A stretch of 64,000 bases of DNA from Patescibacteria group bacterium (GCA_039934415.1 JBDTME010000001.1:442461-506460), one strand, 5' to 3'; numbered from the stretch's first letter, positions 1-9,592 are shown. A program made the numbers and translations. Notes: generated from the letters alone by a model not told the origin.

Positions 1-634
1 GCTCTCTGGTGGTTCGGCGATCACTATGTATGAAAAGATGTTTGAGATTTTGATTGAAAAAACTATTGACCTGCATAACCTCAGCGTCTCATTGTTTGAC
101 GAGCGGTTCGTATCTCAAAATTCTCTGGACAGCAACGAATTACAGTTGCGAAATGCTGGGGTCATAACACAACTCATGGATCGCGAAGCAAGCTGGATTC
201 CCTATCTTAACTCTGAACAAGAAGAAAATGGTAAACAGGTTGCCCAACGCGTCACTCAAGCACTCACTCGTGAACTCAGTTTAGGTAAACAGCTTATTAT
301 TTTGGCTGGTATGGGCGATGACGGACACACTGCTGGCCTACTCCCAGTACAACAAGATTCACCAAATCGATCTCGGCTTTTCGATACTGACCAGTTTGTA
401 GCGTACTATCAGGTAGATTCTTCAGATTCAAATAACCCGTTCTCATATCGTTTGACTGCAACACCAGCGCTTATTAAAGAAGCACATCACGTTTTTTTGT
501 ACACTGCTGGCGAAAAAAAGCGACCAGCCCTCCAACATTTTATGAACCAGGACGGACCTATTCATCGTTATCCTGTGATCAGTTTGCTTGCGAGTCAGCA
601 ACCAGTCGAAGTACTCACTGACATCACTGTTTAA
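1..634 (+). CDS. pgl: 6-phosphogluconolactonase, 5'-partial (continues upstream of window)
   Basis: Frame 2 from nt 2 reads LSGGS (Pgl N-motif) with no stop before the listed ORF. Downstream are an LFDERFV motif and GMGDDGHTAGLLP, matching the Pgl/DevB signature GMGxDGHTASLFP. Confidence 0.8.
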   Translation, partial: LSGGSAITMYEKMFEILIEKTIDLHNLSVSLFDERFVSQNSLDSNELQLRNAGVITQLMDREASWIPYLNSEQEENGKQVAQRVTQALTRELSLGKQLIILAGMGDDGHTAGLLPVQQDSPNRSRLFDTDQFVAYYQVDSSDSNNPFSYRLTATPALIKEAHHVFLYTAGEKKRPALQHFMNQDGPIHRYPVISLLASQQPVEVLTDITV

Positions 635-651
635 TTCAATTCTTCATCCAT

Positions 652-1608
652 ATGCTTCCCCTCCGCTATCTTTATCAAACTTCACCAGAGGCTAGTGGGC
701 TCGTCTTGCTGGGCAGCGCAGTGCGTGGTTTGGGAAAAGGCTGGCAAGTAGGAGTACTACACACTGACAACAGTTCAAATCTTTTTGAGCGGTTACGCAC
801 ACAATTAACAGATCCCACGCAATTGAGTATTTCAAAAGATGTTCGCACATTAGATCAGTGTCAACTGCTCTTAAGTGAAAATCCGACTGATCAGCAAGTA
901 GCACAACTATTCAATTCAACCCCACACGTAATGGTAGCAGGAGAACAGATCAATCCTGACCACTTTGATTTGGTCTCTCGCTTTGACGAACATAAATTGA
1001 ACCCTGATGGTGTGATCGCATTTGTTGGTAATGGAAAAGGCAAGACGACATCTGCTGTGGGAGTGGCAGTGAAATCTTTATTAGAACCAGAACAACAGAG
1101 ACCTGTCAGCATCATTCAATGGTTTAAAGAGCGCAAAAAACCGGGTGCGCTCACCTGGGCAATCAATGAGCATGAGTTCCCCGCACTTTTAAAGAAGAAA
1201 GAGTCGTTACAGTTTTTTCCAACTGGCTTGGGTTTTTTTGGTTCTCCCAATTTAGATCGAGTCAAAGGTGACCAAGCATATCAACAACATCGTGACAAAG
1301 CCTATGAAGGCCTTGAGCTTGCAAAACAGCAACTTCAATCAAATCAATACGCTGCAATAATTCTCGATGAGTTTGTAGATACTGTTCAGGAAATTGCAGG
1401 AAATTTGGAATATCCTTTAATCGATTTGCACGATGTAGTGGATTTTTTTGAGTACGCCACTCAGTTTCCAGACACTTTGCTCGTCATTACTGGCAGACGA
1501 GTCACTCCTCAGTACCAGAAGTTCGTCCACCAAATGATCACAGTCCATGAGGTCCGTCACCCTTTTAAAGAAAAAGGACAGGGTGCCATATCGGGGTTAG
1601 ATTTTTAA
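652..1608 (+). CDS. CobA/CobO/BtuR-like ATP:corrinoid adenosyltransferase family protein with ~120-aa N-terminal extension
   Basis: P-loop GNGKGKTTSAVGVA, then IILDEF, ITGR and a C-terminal HPFKEKGQGAISGLDF. These are colinear with E. coli BtuR/CobA (GNGKGKTTAAFG...VVLDEL...ITGR...HAFDAGVKAQMGIDY). Confidence 0.6.
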   Translation: MLPLRYLYQTSPEASGLVLLGSAVRGLGKGWQVGVLHTDNSSNLFERLRTQLTDPTQLSISKDVRTLDQCQLLLSENPTDQQVAQLFNSTPHVMVAGEQINPDHFDLVSRFDEHKLNPDGVIAFVGNGKGKTTSAVGVAVKSLLEPEQQRPVSIIQWFKERKKPGALTWAINEHEFPALLKKKESLQFFPTGLGFFGSPNLDRVKGDQAYQQHRDKAYEGLELAKQQLQSNQYAAIILDEFVDTVQEIAGNLEYPLIDLHDVVDFFEYATQFPDTLLVITGRRVTPQYQKFVHQMITVHEVRHPFKEKGQGAISGLDF

Positions 1609-1640
1609 GCTAGACAAACTGATACTTTTAGTGAGAGTAT

Positions 1641-2693
1641 ATGCACACTATGAAACAATCCAAACCATCCGATGCATTTTTTGTTGATGAGGCTGCCTTA
1701 AAAGCACTTAAGCTCGTCGCTGTTGCCTACTCCCACGTCGAACGTGCGGACTTCGCAACAGAAGGAGCGTACATTGCAGAACAAGAAGTCGAAGCCCGAG
1801 CTGAAGAAGTGATTGCCGAAGTCGCCAAATTAGGAATTGCAGTCAAAGGCTATGCAGCAGATGCATACTTTTTTACTAATATTTTAGTGGACAAACCTGA
1901 CCTTGTTCTTAACTTAGTTGACACTGTCAAAGGCAAAGACCGTTTACAGCCAGCTATTCCTGGAGCACTTGAACTGTCTGACATTCAGTACACTGGTGCT
2001 GGTATGCGTGGTTTGGTGGTCGGTAATGATCGTCATTTGTTCAAACAGTTATTGATCGCTCACGAGATTCCTACTCCACAGTATAAGTTTATCCGCGACT
2101 TACGCTCAAGAATTCCTGAAAATTTGGGGTTACCGTTGATCGTTAAATTAAATGAGTCGGGCGGGAGTGTAGGAATTGATAACAAAGCCGTCAAAGAGTC
2201 TTTTGTCGCAGCACAGAAAAAAGTTGAAGAGATGGTTAACACCTATAAGATTCCGGTAATCGTAGAAAAATTTGTTGATGGACCTGAAATCACCGCCGTG
2301 ATCTACGACGATGGTCGGAGAAAACATGTCTTTCTGGGTGAAAAAGTATTTGGCATCAAGCCAGATGGTAAGCACGATTTTACGAGTTTAGAAAGTTATG
2401 ACAACTTAAAGTCATATAAATACAAATTTCCTGATGAAGTGATGACTGACAAGATTTATCCCTATGTCATTCGCGCTTTCGATACATTGGGCTATCGTGA
2501 CTATGCGAAGTTTGATATTCGCTGGGAAACCGAAACTGGTCTCCCTTTGTTCATTGACTGTAATCCAAACACGGCTTTTGGACCAGACTTGGGACTGCCG
2601 ATGACAGAGGTTTTAGAGTTACACAATGTCGATTTCATCTCGTTGCTTAAGAGTTTATTGAGTAAACACGCCAGACACATCCAAAAGGCTTAA
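1641..2693 (+). CDS. ATP-grasp protein, D-alanine--D-alanine ligase family
   Basis: PLIVKLNESGGSVGI (compare Ddl PVFVKPANLGSSVGI), KFDIRWETETGLPLFIDCNPNTAFGP (compare Ddl RVDF...LLEVNTLPG). Length 350 aa. Confidence 0.6.
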   Translation: MHTMKQSKPSDAFFVDEAALKALKLVAVAYSHVERADFATEGAYIAEQEVEARAEEVIAEVAKLGIAVKGYAADAYFFTNILVDKPDLVLNLVDTVKGKDRLQPAIPGALELSDIQYTGAGMRGLVVGNDRHLFKQLLIAHEIPTPQYKFIRDLRSRIPENLGLPLIVKLNESGGSVGIDNKAVKESFVAAQKKVEEMVNTYKIPVIVEKFVDGPEITAVIYDDGRRKHVFLGEKVFGIKPDGKHDFTSLESYDNLKSYKYKFPDEVMTDKIYPYVIRAFDTLGYRDYAKFDIRWETETGLPLFIDCNPNTAFGPDLGLPMTEVLELHNVDFISLLKSLLSKHARHIQKA

Positions 2694-2717
2694 TTTTAAG
2701 AATGCTCAAGAAGCGTA

Positions 2718-3374
2718 TTGAGTACTTTATTTACTCGTTTTTCGTTTTCGACCCAGTGGCAAGACTGGTATAATACGGTCATGCCCGCCATCCGTCGTAT
2801 CCAACAGATTACTAGCTCCCATTGTGGCCCCGCTGTCGTCTGCATGTTGTTAGATGCCATCGGTATTCAAGTAGATCAAGAAACTGTCGCTAAGGCTGCC
2901 GATGCTGAATACAGTATAGAAGCTGATGGACTTCGAGTGGATCAAATCGCAACTGCGGTTGCTCGAATTGCCCCAGAAGCGACCTTTTGGTACAAGTATC
3001 AAGCCACTCTCAACGATATACGGTACATTCTCCGTCGAGGTTACGGAGTAGGTGTCGAGTGGCAAGGGTTATTTTACGATACAGAAGAAGAGGAAGAGGA
3101 AGATGACGAGGTGCTGGATATCGGCCACTACAGTATAATTAGTGACATTGACGAAGCGCACCAGGGTTTGCAGATTGTGAATCCTCACCAAGATTTTGCC
3201 TATCATGATCGGCTATTTTCAATTCCACTTTTTTTACGACGTTGGTGGGACACGAACGAGATGGTCAACCCCTTTTCAGGTAAAAAAGAGTTGGTGGAAG
3301 ATTTACGACTCCTTTTCTTCATTACCCCCAAAGATCAATATTTTTCACCAGAGATGGGTTTTCGAAGTCGATAG
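2718..3374 (+). CDS. papain-fold cysteine peptidase-like (C39-like) domain protein with poly-acidic tract
   Basis: QQITSSHCGPAVVCMLL resembles the C39 Q-x4-CG-x-A catalytic-Cys motif. EEEEEEDDE run at aa ~120. No further family match visible. Confidence 0.4.
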   Translation: MSTLFTRFSFSTQWQDWYNTVMPAIRRIQQITSSHCGPAVVCMLLDAIGIQVDQETVAKAADAEYSIEADGLRVDQIATAVARIAPEATFWYKYQATLNDIRYILRRGYGVGVEWQGLFYDTEEEEEEDDEVLDIGHYSIISDIDEAHQGLQIVNPHQDFAYHDRLFSIPLFLRRWWDTNEMVNPFSGKKELVEDLRLLFFITPKDQYFSPEMGFRSR

Positions 3375-3424
3375 CTTTTTTCCTTTTTTTTTATTTTCAA
3401 AAAAGACCTATCATTGAAGCAGAA

Positions 3425-3823
3425 ATGATATTGAAAGGATGTATGGAATTTGCGATCAGCATCAAAAATGTACCAAATAAGGGATTAGGAGTGTTTGCGG
3501 AAAAAGCATTTAAAACTGGTGAGATCATTGAGGCTTGCCCAACAATTCAAATGACACCAACTGAACGTAAGCATTGTGCCAAAACTATTCTCGATCACTA
3601 CATGTATCCATGGCGTAGTACCAGAAGTGCTTCTATCGTATTGGGGTATGGTTCCATCTATAATCACTCATTCACACCCAACGCTGATTGGAAGCAAAAT
3701 TTCAAAACAAAACGGATGGTCTATCGAGCGGTAAAGCCTATCAAAAAAGGCGAAGAAATCACTGTCAACTACAATGGTGAGCCTGATGATATGACTCCGA
3801 TTGAATGGTTCGACGTTATCTAA
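3425..3823 (+). CDS. SET domain protein (putative protein-lysine methyltransferase)
   Basis: GLGVFA...GEII, then NHSFTPN (compare canonical NHSCxPN) and a C-terminal ITVNYNGE, which are core SET motifs. The better RBS (aaagga) precedes the internal ATG at 3443 (MEFAIS). Confidence 0.7.
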   Translation: MILKGCMEFAISIKNVPNKGLGVFAEKAFKTGEIIEACPTIQMTPTERKHCAKTILDHYMYPWRSTRSASIVLGYGSIYNHSFTPNADWKQNFKTKRMVYRAVKPIKKGEEITVNYNGEPDDMTPIEWFDVI

Positions 3824-3834
3824 AATTTTTTCTG

Positions 3835-4251
3835 TTACTCCAAACCTTGTAGCCTGCTCATTTGGTCATTCACTTGTTGGTTGATATTCTGCGCAAATTG
3901 AAACGCATAATACGTACTCCCTAATAAAGACACCAAGGTCAGGAATATTGTCACTACCCCGATCATTTTAGCTTTTGTTGTCGATTCTTTGAGATACGGC
4001 CATCCCCAGACTAAGCCAAAAGGTGGGAGCAAAATACTTCCGCTGTATAGTAAAAATTGTTTGAGGACAGAAGTCGACAGGGGTTTTGGTTTTAAATTAT
4101 GTCCGCAGTTGAAACAAAAATAATCTGTAGATCTTACGGTGACGTGACAGGTAGGACACTGCGCATCTGCACTAAGGGGAGTAATTGTGGGAGTGGATAA
4201 TGGCACCTCGGCTGCTACTGGAGCAGCCGAAGCCGAAATCTGTTCTTGCAT
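3835..4251 (-). CDS. hypothetical membrane protein with N-terminal zinc-ribbon (CPTC...CFNCGH)
   Basis: Cys4 pattern CPTCHV-x13-CFNCGH followed by two hydrophobic helices. Confidence 0.45.
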   Translation of the reverse strand: MQEQISASAAPVAAEVPLSTPTITPLSADAQCPTCHVTVRSTDYFCFNCGHNLKPKPLSTSVLKQFLLYSGSILLPPFGLVWGWPYLKESTTKAKMIGVVTIFLTLVSLLGSTYYAFQFAQNINQQVNDQMSRLQGLE

Positions 4252-4273
4252 ACATTCATTCTACTCGCCCACT

Positions 4274-4504
4274 TCATTTCTTCATGCTGCACATTCTACA
4301 ATCAGTCATGTGAGTTCCAGCTAAGTACAATCCAGACAAACCAACCAGCACATACACGAGTCGCTCAATCACTGGCCAAGGTCCAAACAACATTCCAACC
4401 ACATTTAAGTTCATCAAACCAATCAAACCCCAGTTGACTGCACCAACGACCACGAGCACGAACGCAAGCATGTGTGCCATTTTCATATTAGACATATTTG
4501 TCAT
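4274..4504 (-). CDS. DUF378 family membrane protein
   Basis: VGAVNWGLIGLMNLNVVGMLFG matches the DUF378 signature (VGAINWGLIG...). Length 76 aa. Confidence 0.7.
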   Translation of the reverse strand: MTNMSNMKMAHMLAFVLVVVGAVNWGLIGLMNLNVVGMLFGPWPVIERLVYVLVGLSGLYLAGTHMTDCRMCSMKK

Positions 4505-4605
4505 ACGACTTTCTCCTCTCTATAACTAAGTATAATGTGAGAAACTGAACACTTTTTTTTCTCTTTTTTACTATACACAGTTGTGTAACAAAATTGCAAC
4601 ATGGA

Positions 4606-4635
4606 ATAAAAAACATCCCACCGGAGTGGGATGTT
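4606..4635 (-). terminator. Rho-independent terminator candidate for the 4720..4944 minus-strand gene
   Basis: Perfect 10-bp stem aacatcccac/gtgggatgtt (4612-4635) with loop cgga. On the minus strand it is followed by a TTTTTTATT run. Confidence 0.6.
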
Positions 4636-4719
4636 TTAAATAAGCAAAAAAAGCATCGTACTTTTCTAAAATGTTAAATGAGTCACCTGAAAGGAAGCTT
4701 AAGAGAAAAAAAACTGAGA

Positions 4720-4944
4720 CTAGTATTGATAATTAGAATTTTGCGAATCACCTTGAGAAGGCGAAGAGGAGTTGTAATTGTAGTTGTAACCCTTTTTGGC
4801 AAATATGGCAAAATAAATGAGTCCGTAGATAATGCTACCAATGATGACATAAATGAGTACCCATTGCCAAAGTGGTCGCTTGCCATAGCCCTTACTGTAA
4901 GCGGCGGCATAACTTTTCTTTTTTTGGGCGAGCTGTTTTTTCAT
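4720..4944 (-). CDS. small hypothetical membrane protein
   Basis: One clear TM helix (WQWVLIYVIIGSIIYGLIYFAIF). Followed by the terminator hairpin. Preferred over the overlapping + strand ORF 4678..5013, which is low-complexity and Arg-rich. Confidence 0.4.
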   Translation of the reverse strand: MKKQLAQKKKSYAAAYSKGYGKRPLWQWVLIYVIIGSIIYGLIYFAIFAKKGYNYNYNSSSPSQGDSQNSNYQY

Positions 4945-5009
4945 ATAAACATGGTTTCATTTGCCAGAAATTATGTCAAGCTACAAAAAAGTGTGATAGA
5001 CTGTGGAAT

Positions 5010-5297
5010 ATGACTACAACAGATCCAACTCAACTCCCCACACCATCAATTCCAACAGGTAAGATTGAAATTCCTGTAGAAAAAATGGATGCCGTTTCGA
5101 ACGATTCACCGTTATCGCCAAATGAAAAAAGTGAAAGAGCTGTCAGCGGCAGTAACCCTGGTGTGGAGTCAGACGATAATATGCTCGATAATGAAAAAGA
5201 GGTCGGGTTATATACTGATGTCACTGAAGATGACGCTCCTGACTTAAATATCGCAGATCAAGTGGAAAAAGCTGAAAAGTACCACCAAGACCACTAA
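5010..5297 (+). CDS. hypothetical acidic protein
   Basis: ORF 4872..5297, using the internal start MTTTDPTQ at 5010 rather than the N-terminal part that overlaps the minus-strand gene. No motifs. Confidence 0.3.
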   Translation: MTTTDPTQLPTPSIPTGKIEIPVEKMDAVSNDSPLSPNEKSERAVSGSNPGVESDDNMLDNEKEVGLYTDVTEDDAPDLNIADQVEKAEKYHQDH

Positions 5298-5318
5298 TCC
5301 CCGTTTCTACAATCATCC

Positions 5319-6671
5319 TCACCACTTGATGCTTTGATTTCTTTTAGCTCCGGTAGTGATCATGATGATTTTTGTTCCGATTTCTTTTTCGATGAACTTT
5401 AAGAATGTTTTTGCCGCTGTCGGAATTTCCTTGGCATTTTTTGCCAGCTGAATTTTTTGCTGATTCCAGGGTTTGAACTCTTTATATACTGGTTTCACTT
5501 TTGACAAAAATTCTTGATCTGGTCGGTAACTCACTTTTTTTCCCTTGAGCGTATAACCTACGCAAACTTTGATGGGTACTTCTGGATACACGATATCCAT
5601 GTGGGTGAGGACGTGAGTGTTTACGTTGCCAACTTTGGCATAATATTTGACTGCCTCCAAATCCAGATATGCAATGTCTCGCGGTCGACGAGTAGTGGCA
5701 CCGTACTCATTTGCGTCTTCGCGAATGCGGTGAGCGAGTTTTTCTGGCATCATTGAAGGTAACTTGCGCATCCCGACACTACTCATGTACGTGGCTTTGA
5801 TCACGGCAGCTCGAACTTTCATTTGAGTTGGGTCGATGATTCCTTCAGTCGCAGAGAAAATACCGTCAAATGTCGTCGTTGATGCGGTCACATCTGGATA
5901 CACACCCCACCGGTAATCGAGACCAATGGCTTGGGCTTTTTCAAATACATAACTGCATTTGGGATCGTTCCAAGTTGCTTCCAAAAAAGCAGATACATTC
6001 TTGGCATAAATTGACAGCATTTTACTTTGCTTTTGTAATCGATCGATGAATTGTGCTAGTGTTCCGACTGGAATGAGGTCTGCACTGCCTAACTGAGCTA
6101 CTTTGACTTCAGCTAACTTGGCACCCAATCCTTTGAGGAGGGCTTCATATAAACGGTAATGTTGTTCAATTTTGGTAGTGTTAAATGGTGTTAAATCTCG
6201 AACTCGTAACGGGTGTCGTAAGAGTACATCTGCATAGGCAGGTGAGATCCCGCGTCCGGTAGAGCCTTTGCCACCGTCTTCCCAAGTTTTCAAAATATTT
6301 TCAAATGCTCGATGAGTATCTAGTGACAAAATTGCCATCTCGTCCAACAAGATCGTGGCTAATTCAGCTTCTTTACTGAAAGTAATGACTTGATTAATTT
6401 CAACCATGAAATCACCAGGGTGAATCACCATTTCTTTTCCTAAAACCACGGTCGCGTTTTTACAAAAAATTCCCGATGGTAATTGGTGTAAGGCTATTTT
6501 CCCGCTCGCGAATGATACGGTGTGCCCTGCATTCGCTCCCCCGTTATCGCGGTACACAACGACGGGTCCTTTTTTTGCCAACTTTGAAACGTACTCATCT
6601 ACTATTCGTCCTTTGCCTTCATCTCCAAATGCACCACCACAAAATCCGTATGAGTTGGACTTAGTTTTCAT
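5319..6671 (-). CDS. purA: adenylosuccinate synthetase
   Basis: GDEGKGRIVDEY and GGANAGHTV signatures. Length 450 aa. Confidence 0.95.
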   Translation of the reverse strand: MKTKSNSYGFCGGAFGDEGKGRIVDEYVSKLAKKGPVVVYRDNGGANAGHTVSFASGKIALHQLPSGIFCKNATVVLGKEMVIHPGDFMVEINQVITFSKEAELATILLDEMAILSLDTHRAFENILKTWEDGGKGSTGRGISPAYADVLLRHPLRVRDLTPFNTTKIEQHYRLYEALLKGLGAKLAEVKVAQLGSADLIPVGTLAQFIDRLQKQSKMLSIYAKNVSAFLEATWNDPKCSYVFEKAQAIGLDYRWGVYPDVTASTTTFDGIFSATEGIIDPTQMKVRAAVIKATYMSSVGMRKLPSMMPEKLAHRIREDANEYGATTRRPRDIAYLDLEAVKYYAKVGNVNTHVLTHMDIVYPEVPIKVCVGYTLKGKKVSYRPDQEFLSKVKPVYKEFKPWNQQKIQLAKNAKEIPTAAKTFLKFIEKEIGTKIIMITTGAKRNQSIKW

Positions 6672-8049
6672 GAATCTCCTTTATACCTACCTCAACTAAT
6701 TGTTGTGCTAACCCAAGGTAAGTGAGTGGGGTGAGCTGTGTTAATTTTTTCTTTACCTGATCGTCAACTTCTAGTGAGTGTATAAATTTTCGCAAACTTT
6801 CCTGATCAATTTTTTTACCGCGCGAGAGTGTTTTTAGTTTTTCGTAGGCAGTTGTATCGCCACTTAAACGCAACAGTGTTTGAATACCTTCAGTCGTAAT
6901 TTCCCAGTGCGCCAACAACTCGGTTTGTAATTTTTCGGTATTAGGTTGAACTCGACTCAGGCCGCGCTGACATGATGTATACCCCAATAAGCAGTATCCA
7001 AAAGCAGAACCGAAGTTTCGTTTAACGGTGCTATCTGATAAATCCCGTTGGAGTCGTGAAATTGGTAATTTAGTGGCGAAATACTGAAACATGGCATTCG
7101 CCAGCCCTAAGTTGCCTTCGCTATTCTCAAAGTGAATGGGATTGACTTTCTGAGGCATGGTCGATGAACCGACTTCGTTCTGCTCCACTCTTTGCAGAAA
7201 GTATTCATCACTGATATACCTCCACATGTCTTGATCAAAACTAATAAGGATGGTGTTAATGAGTTCAAAACTTTGAAACAGTTTTGTATAGCTGTCTGCT
7301 GGTAATATCTGTGTCGTCCAGTGATTGGGTTGGAGACCTAAGGAAGTAATAAATTGATCGGAAAGTGCTAACCAGTTTAGTTTGGGAAAGGCGGTGTGTA
7401 ATGAGGTAAAGTTGCCGACGGCTCCCCCCATCTTTGCTTCAATAGGGATACTCTGCAAATTTTTAAATTCTTTGTGCAGTCGAATGGCAAAAATGATGAG
7501 CTCTTTTCCGACAGTGGTGGGGATGGCAGGTTGGCCATGTGTTCGTGCGAGCATGGGCAGTGCTTTGTATTTTTCTGCCATTTTGGCGATTTCATTGATG
7601 AGTGTAGTGAGTTGAGGAAATAGAACTTGTCGACAGGCTGTTTGAAGCATTAATGCCTGTGCTAATGAGTTGGTGTCTTCACTGGTGAGGCCAAAATGTA
7701 CGTACTGTTCATAACTTAATTTTGATTCGCGAAGTTTTTGACGGATGTAATACTCTACAGCTTTCACATCATGTTTGATCTTTGATTCAATTTGTTTTAA
7801 TTTTTGCGCTTCAGCAAGGTCGAACTGGGAAAAGATTTGATGTAATTTTTTTTCGTCTCCAACGTTCATTTCTTTGTTCAATACGTGACGAATAAAAAAG
7901 ACCAAAAATTTAATTTCTGCTTCGATGCGAAATTTATTGAGGGCAAATTCTGAAAAATAATTTGTGAGAGGAGCTGTTTCTTTAAAATATCGACCATCAA
8001 GTGGCGAGAGCGCGACAAACGGGGTAAGAACATCGTTCATGTACTTCAC
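6661..8049 (-). CDS. purB: adenylosuccinate lyase
   Basis: N-terminal LSPLDGRY and the fumarate-lyase signature GSSTMPQKVNP. Adjacent to purA with an 11-nt overlap. Confidence 0.9.
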   Translation of the reverse strand: MKYMNDVLTPFVALSPLDGRYFKETAPLTNYFSEFALNKFRIEAEIKFLVFFIRHVLNKEMNVGDEKKLHQIFSQFDLAEAQKLKQIESKIKHDVKAVEYYIRQKLRESKLSYEQYVHFGLTSEDTNSLAQALMLQTACRQVLFPQLTTLINEIAKMAEKYKALPMLARTHGQPAIPTTVGKELIIFAIRLHKEFKNLQSIPIEAKMGGAVGNFTSLHTAFPKLNWLALSDQFITSLGLQPNHWTTQILPADSYTKLFQSFELINTILISFDQDMWRYISDEYFLQRVEQNEVGSSTMPQKVNPIHFENSEGNLGLANAMFQYFATKLPISRLQRDLSDSTVKRNFGSAFGYCLLGYTSCQRGLSRVQPNTEKLQTELLAHWEITTEGIQTLLRLSGDTTAYEKLKTLSRGKKIDQESLRKFIHSLEVDDQVKKKLTQLTPLTYLGLAQQLVEVGIKEIHEN

Positions 8050-8088
8050 TTATAACATAAAAAGGTAGGAGTTCCAATCAAAGATTGG

Positions 8089-8394
8089 TTATGCGGGCTG
8101 CCATTGGGATGTTGCTAAGTTTACTTTATCGTTAATAAAGTCGACACCTTCATCTAAAAGCATTTCTCGTTTCGTAAATAGACCTGCTCCAGCAGAGTAT
8201 CCTGTCAATTTCCCATCTGATGCTACGACGCGGTGGCATGGAGTATGTGGTGCATCAGGGTTGGTTCGCATACACATGCCTACTGCTCGCGCGGCTTTAG
8301 GGTTGCCTGCCAAAGCAGCGACTTGTTTGTACGTCGCTACTCTGCCTTTGGGAATTTGGCGAGTAACTTGATAAACTTTTTCTTTGAAACTCAT
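8089..8394 (-). CDS. MGMT family protein (methylated-DNA--protein-cysteine methyltransferase DNA-binding domain only)
   Basis: VPCHRVV active-site motif and HTH-like YKQVAALAGNPKAARAVG. The 101-aa length matches the stand-alone C-terminal domain (Atl/YbaZ-like). Confidence 0.8.
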   Translation of the reverse strand: MSFKEKVYQVTRQIPKGRVATYKQVAALAGNPKAARAVGMCMRTNPDAPHTPCHRVVASDGKLTGYSAGAGLFTKREMLLDEGVDFINDKVNLATSQWQPA

Positions 8395-8478
8395 GATGTT
8401 CCTGCTAAGTATTAAAATAGAGTACTGTGTTCATTCGCGTTACTCTATTTTTTTATCTGTTTCCTAAAAAAGGCTTCC

Positions 8479-9477
8479 TTACGATCGATGCAGTTTTCTC
8501 AATGAATCAATTTCATCCCGAATATTTCCTCCACCTGGAGTATAGATGATTGTTCCACCAAAGCCGTGTTCGGAAATGATGTTTACTGCTCTGTCGAGCA
8601 GGCTTGTCTGAACATTATATCGCAAATCTCGTCTACCTGGTTCGATTGCAATTGACTGAACGAGTGCCAATTCTGGATGTTTGGGATTATTGGCTTGTAG
8701 CATTTCTGATATCACCAGTTCCAATAAATCACGATTGTCACCCAAGCTGTGAACGAGTGCAACCAAGCTCATCTCTATTCCACTGACGTCATATTTGTTG
8801 GTTTCTTCTCTCACCCTCTTTACTAAATCTGCTGCTGTTCCTGGTACTTTAGATCCCATGGTAGCTTTTCTGGCATAGGCAAACATCTTATCGTGGTCCA
8901 AAGCATACACTTTCGTTGTTATGTGATCATCCAATATGGCAGCGTTGGGGACACCTTCAGCTTGGCGATCTGCATAGACTCGGACTGGCAGAGTTTGATT
9001 TTCACGGCCTCGTAATAATTTTTGTTGCAACCGCCTCAGACTCTTGATACTGGATTCTGCAAAACGACTTTGCTCGAGTGCTGCCGACAATAATTGGAGT
9101 ATTAATCGATATGAGAAGTAATCAGGAATTTTAGCTTCACCTCTACTCGGCTCTGCTAAATAGTGAATAGCTTGAAGTAGAACTTCGGCATCGGGTGAGT
9201 TTTCAATATCTTGCCGAGCTGGAGAAATAGCTTGCCTCAGGGGTTCATACATTATCTGAACACCAAGTACTTCAGCTTCCATCTTTAAGTCATTGAGATT
9301 CCAGTTCAGAATATTTCTCGCTACAGTAGCATTGCCATACAGTTTGAGTAAGGAATGAGAGTGGATAGCAATTTCAGATGGGGTGACAACTCGGGGTTTT
9401 CTCAATTCTGAGGTACTTGTCATATAACAGGTACTATAAACCCTTTCACCACAGATCCACAGATGCAGGATACCCAA
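8479..9477 (-). CDS. hypothetical protein
   Basis: Long ORF. Likely true start MTSTSEL (aa 19). No motif recognised. Confidence 0.45.
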   Translation of the reverse strand: MGILHLWICGERVYSTCYMTSTSELRKPRVVTPSEIAIHSHSLLKLYGNATVARNILNWNLNDLKMEAEVLGVQIMYEPLRQAISPARQDIENSPDAEVLLQAIHYLAEPSRGEAKIPDYFSYRLILQLLSAALEQSRFAESSIKSLRRLQQKLLRGRENQTLPVRVYADRQAEGVPNAAILDDHITTKVYALDHDKMFAYARKATMGSKVPGTAADLVKRVREETNKYDVSGIEMSLVALVHSLGDNRDLLELVISEMLQANNPKHPELALVQSIAIEPGRRDLRYNVQTSLLDRAVNIISEHGFGGTIIYTPGGGNIRDEIDSLRKLHRS

Positions 9478-9517
9478 AACTACTTTCTTTTGCTAAAATA
9501 CTGAAATTGTACGACAA

Positions 9518-9592
9518 TCCCCGATAGCTCAGCGGTAGAGCAGGAAGCTGTTAACTTCAAGGTCCTAGGTTCGAATCCTAGTCGGGGAGCCA
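9518..9592 (+). tRNA. tRNA-Asn (anticodon GTT)
   Basis: Hand-folded cloverleaf. 7-bp acceptor stem TCCCCGA/TCGGGGA, D-arm GCTC-AGCGGTA-GAGC and anticodon loop CTGTTAA. T-arm is CTAGG-TTCGAAT-CCTAG, with discriminator G and an encoded CCA. Confidence 0.9.

Noticed and set aside
692-1115. Minus-strand ORFs 692..904 and 891..1115 inside the CobA-like gene
   Set aside because: They are antisense and fully embedded in a well-supported plus-strand CDS. Cys-rich, low-complexity translation with no RBS.
3375-3424. T9 homopolymer and T-rich tract after the C39-like gene as a terminator
   Set aside because: No preceding GC-rich hairpin could be found. More likely just AT-rich spacer and RBS region for the SET gene.
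4678-5013. Plus-strand 111-aa ORF overlapping the small minus-strand membrane gene
   Set aside because: Arg/Ile-rich low-complexity translation. The minus-strand ORF has a TM helix and a downstream terminator hairpin, so that one is preferred.
8479-9477. Assigning a function (tRNA-related or CofD/YvcK-like) to the 332-aa ORF next to the tRNA
   Set aside because: Only a vague GGTIIYTPGGG Gly-rich stretch. No defensible family match from the sequence alone.
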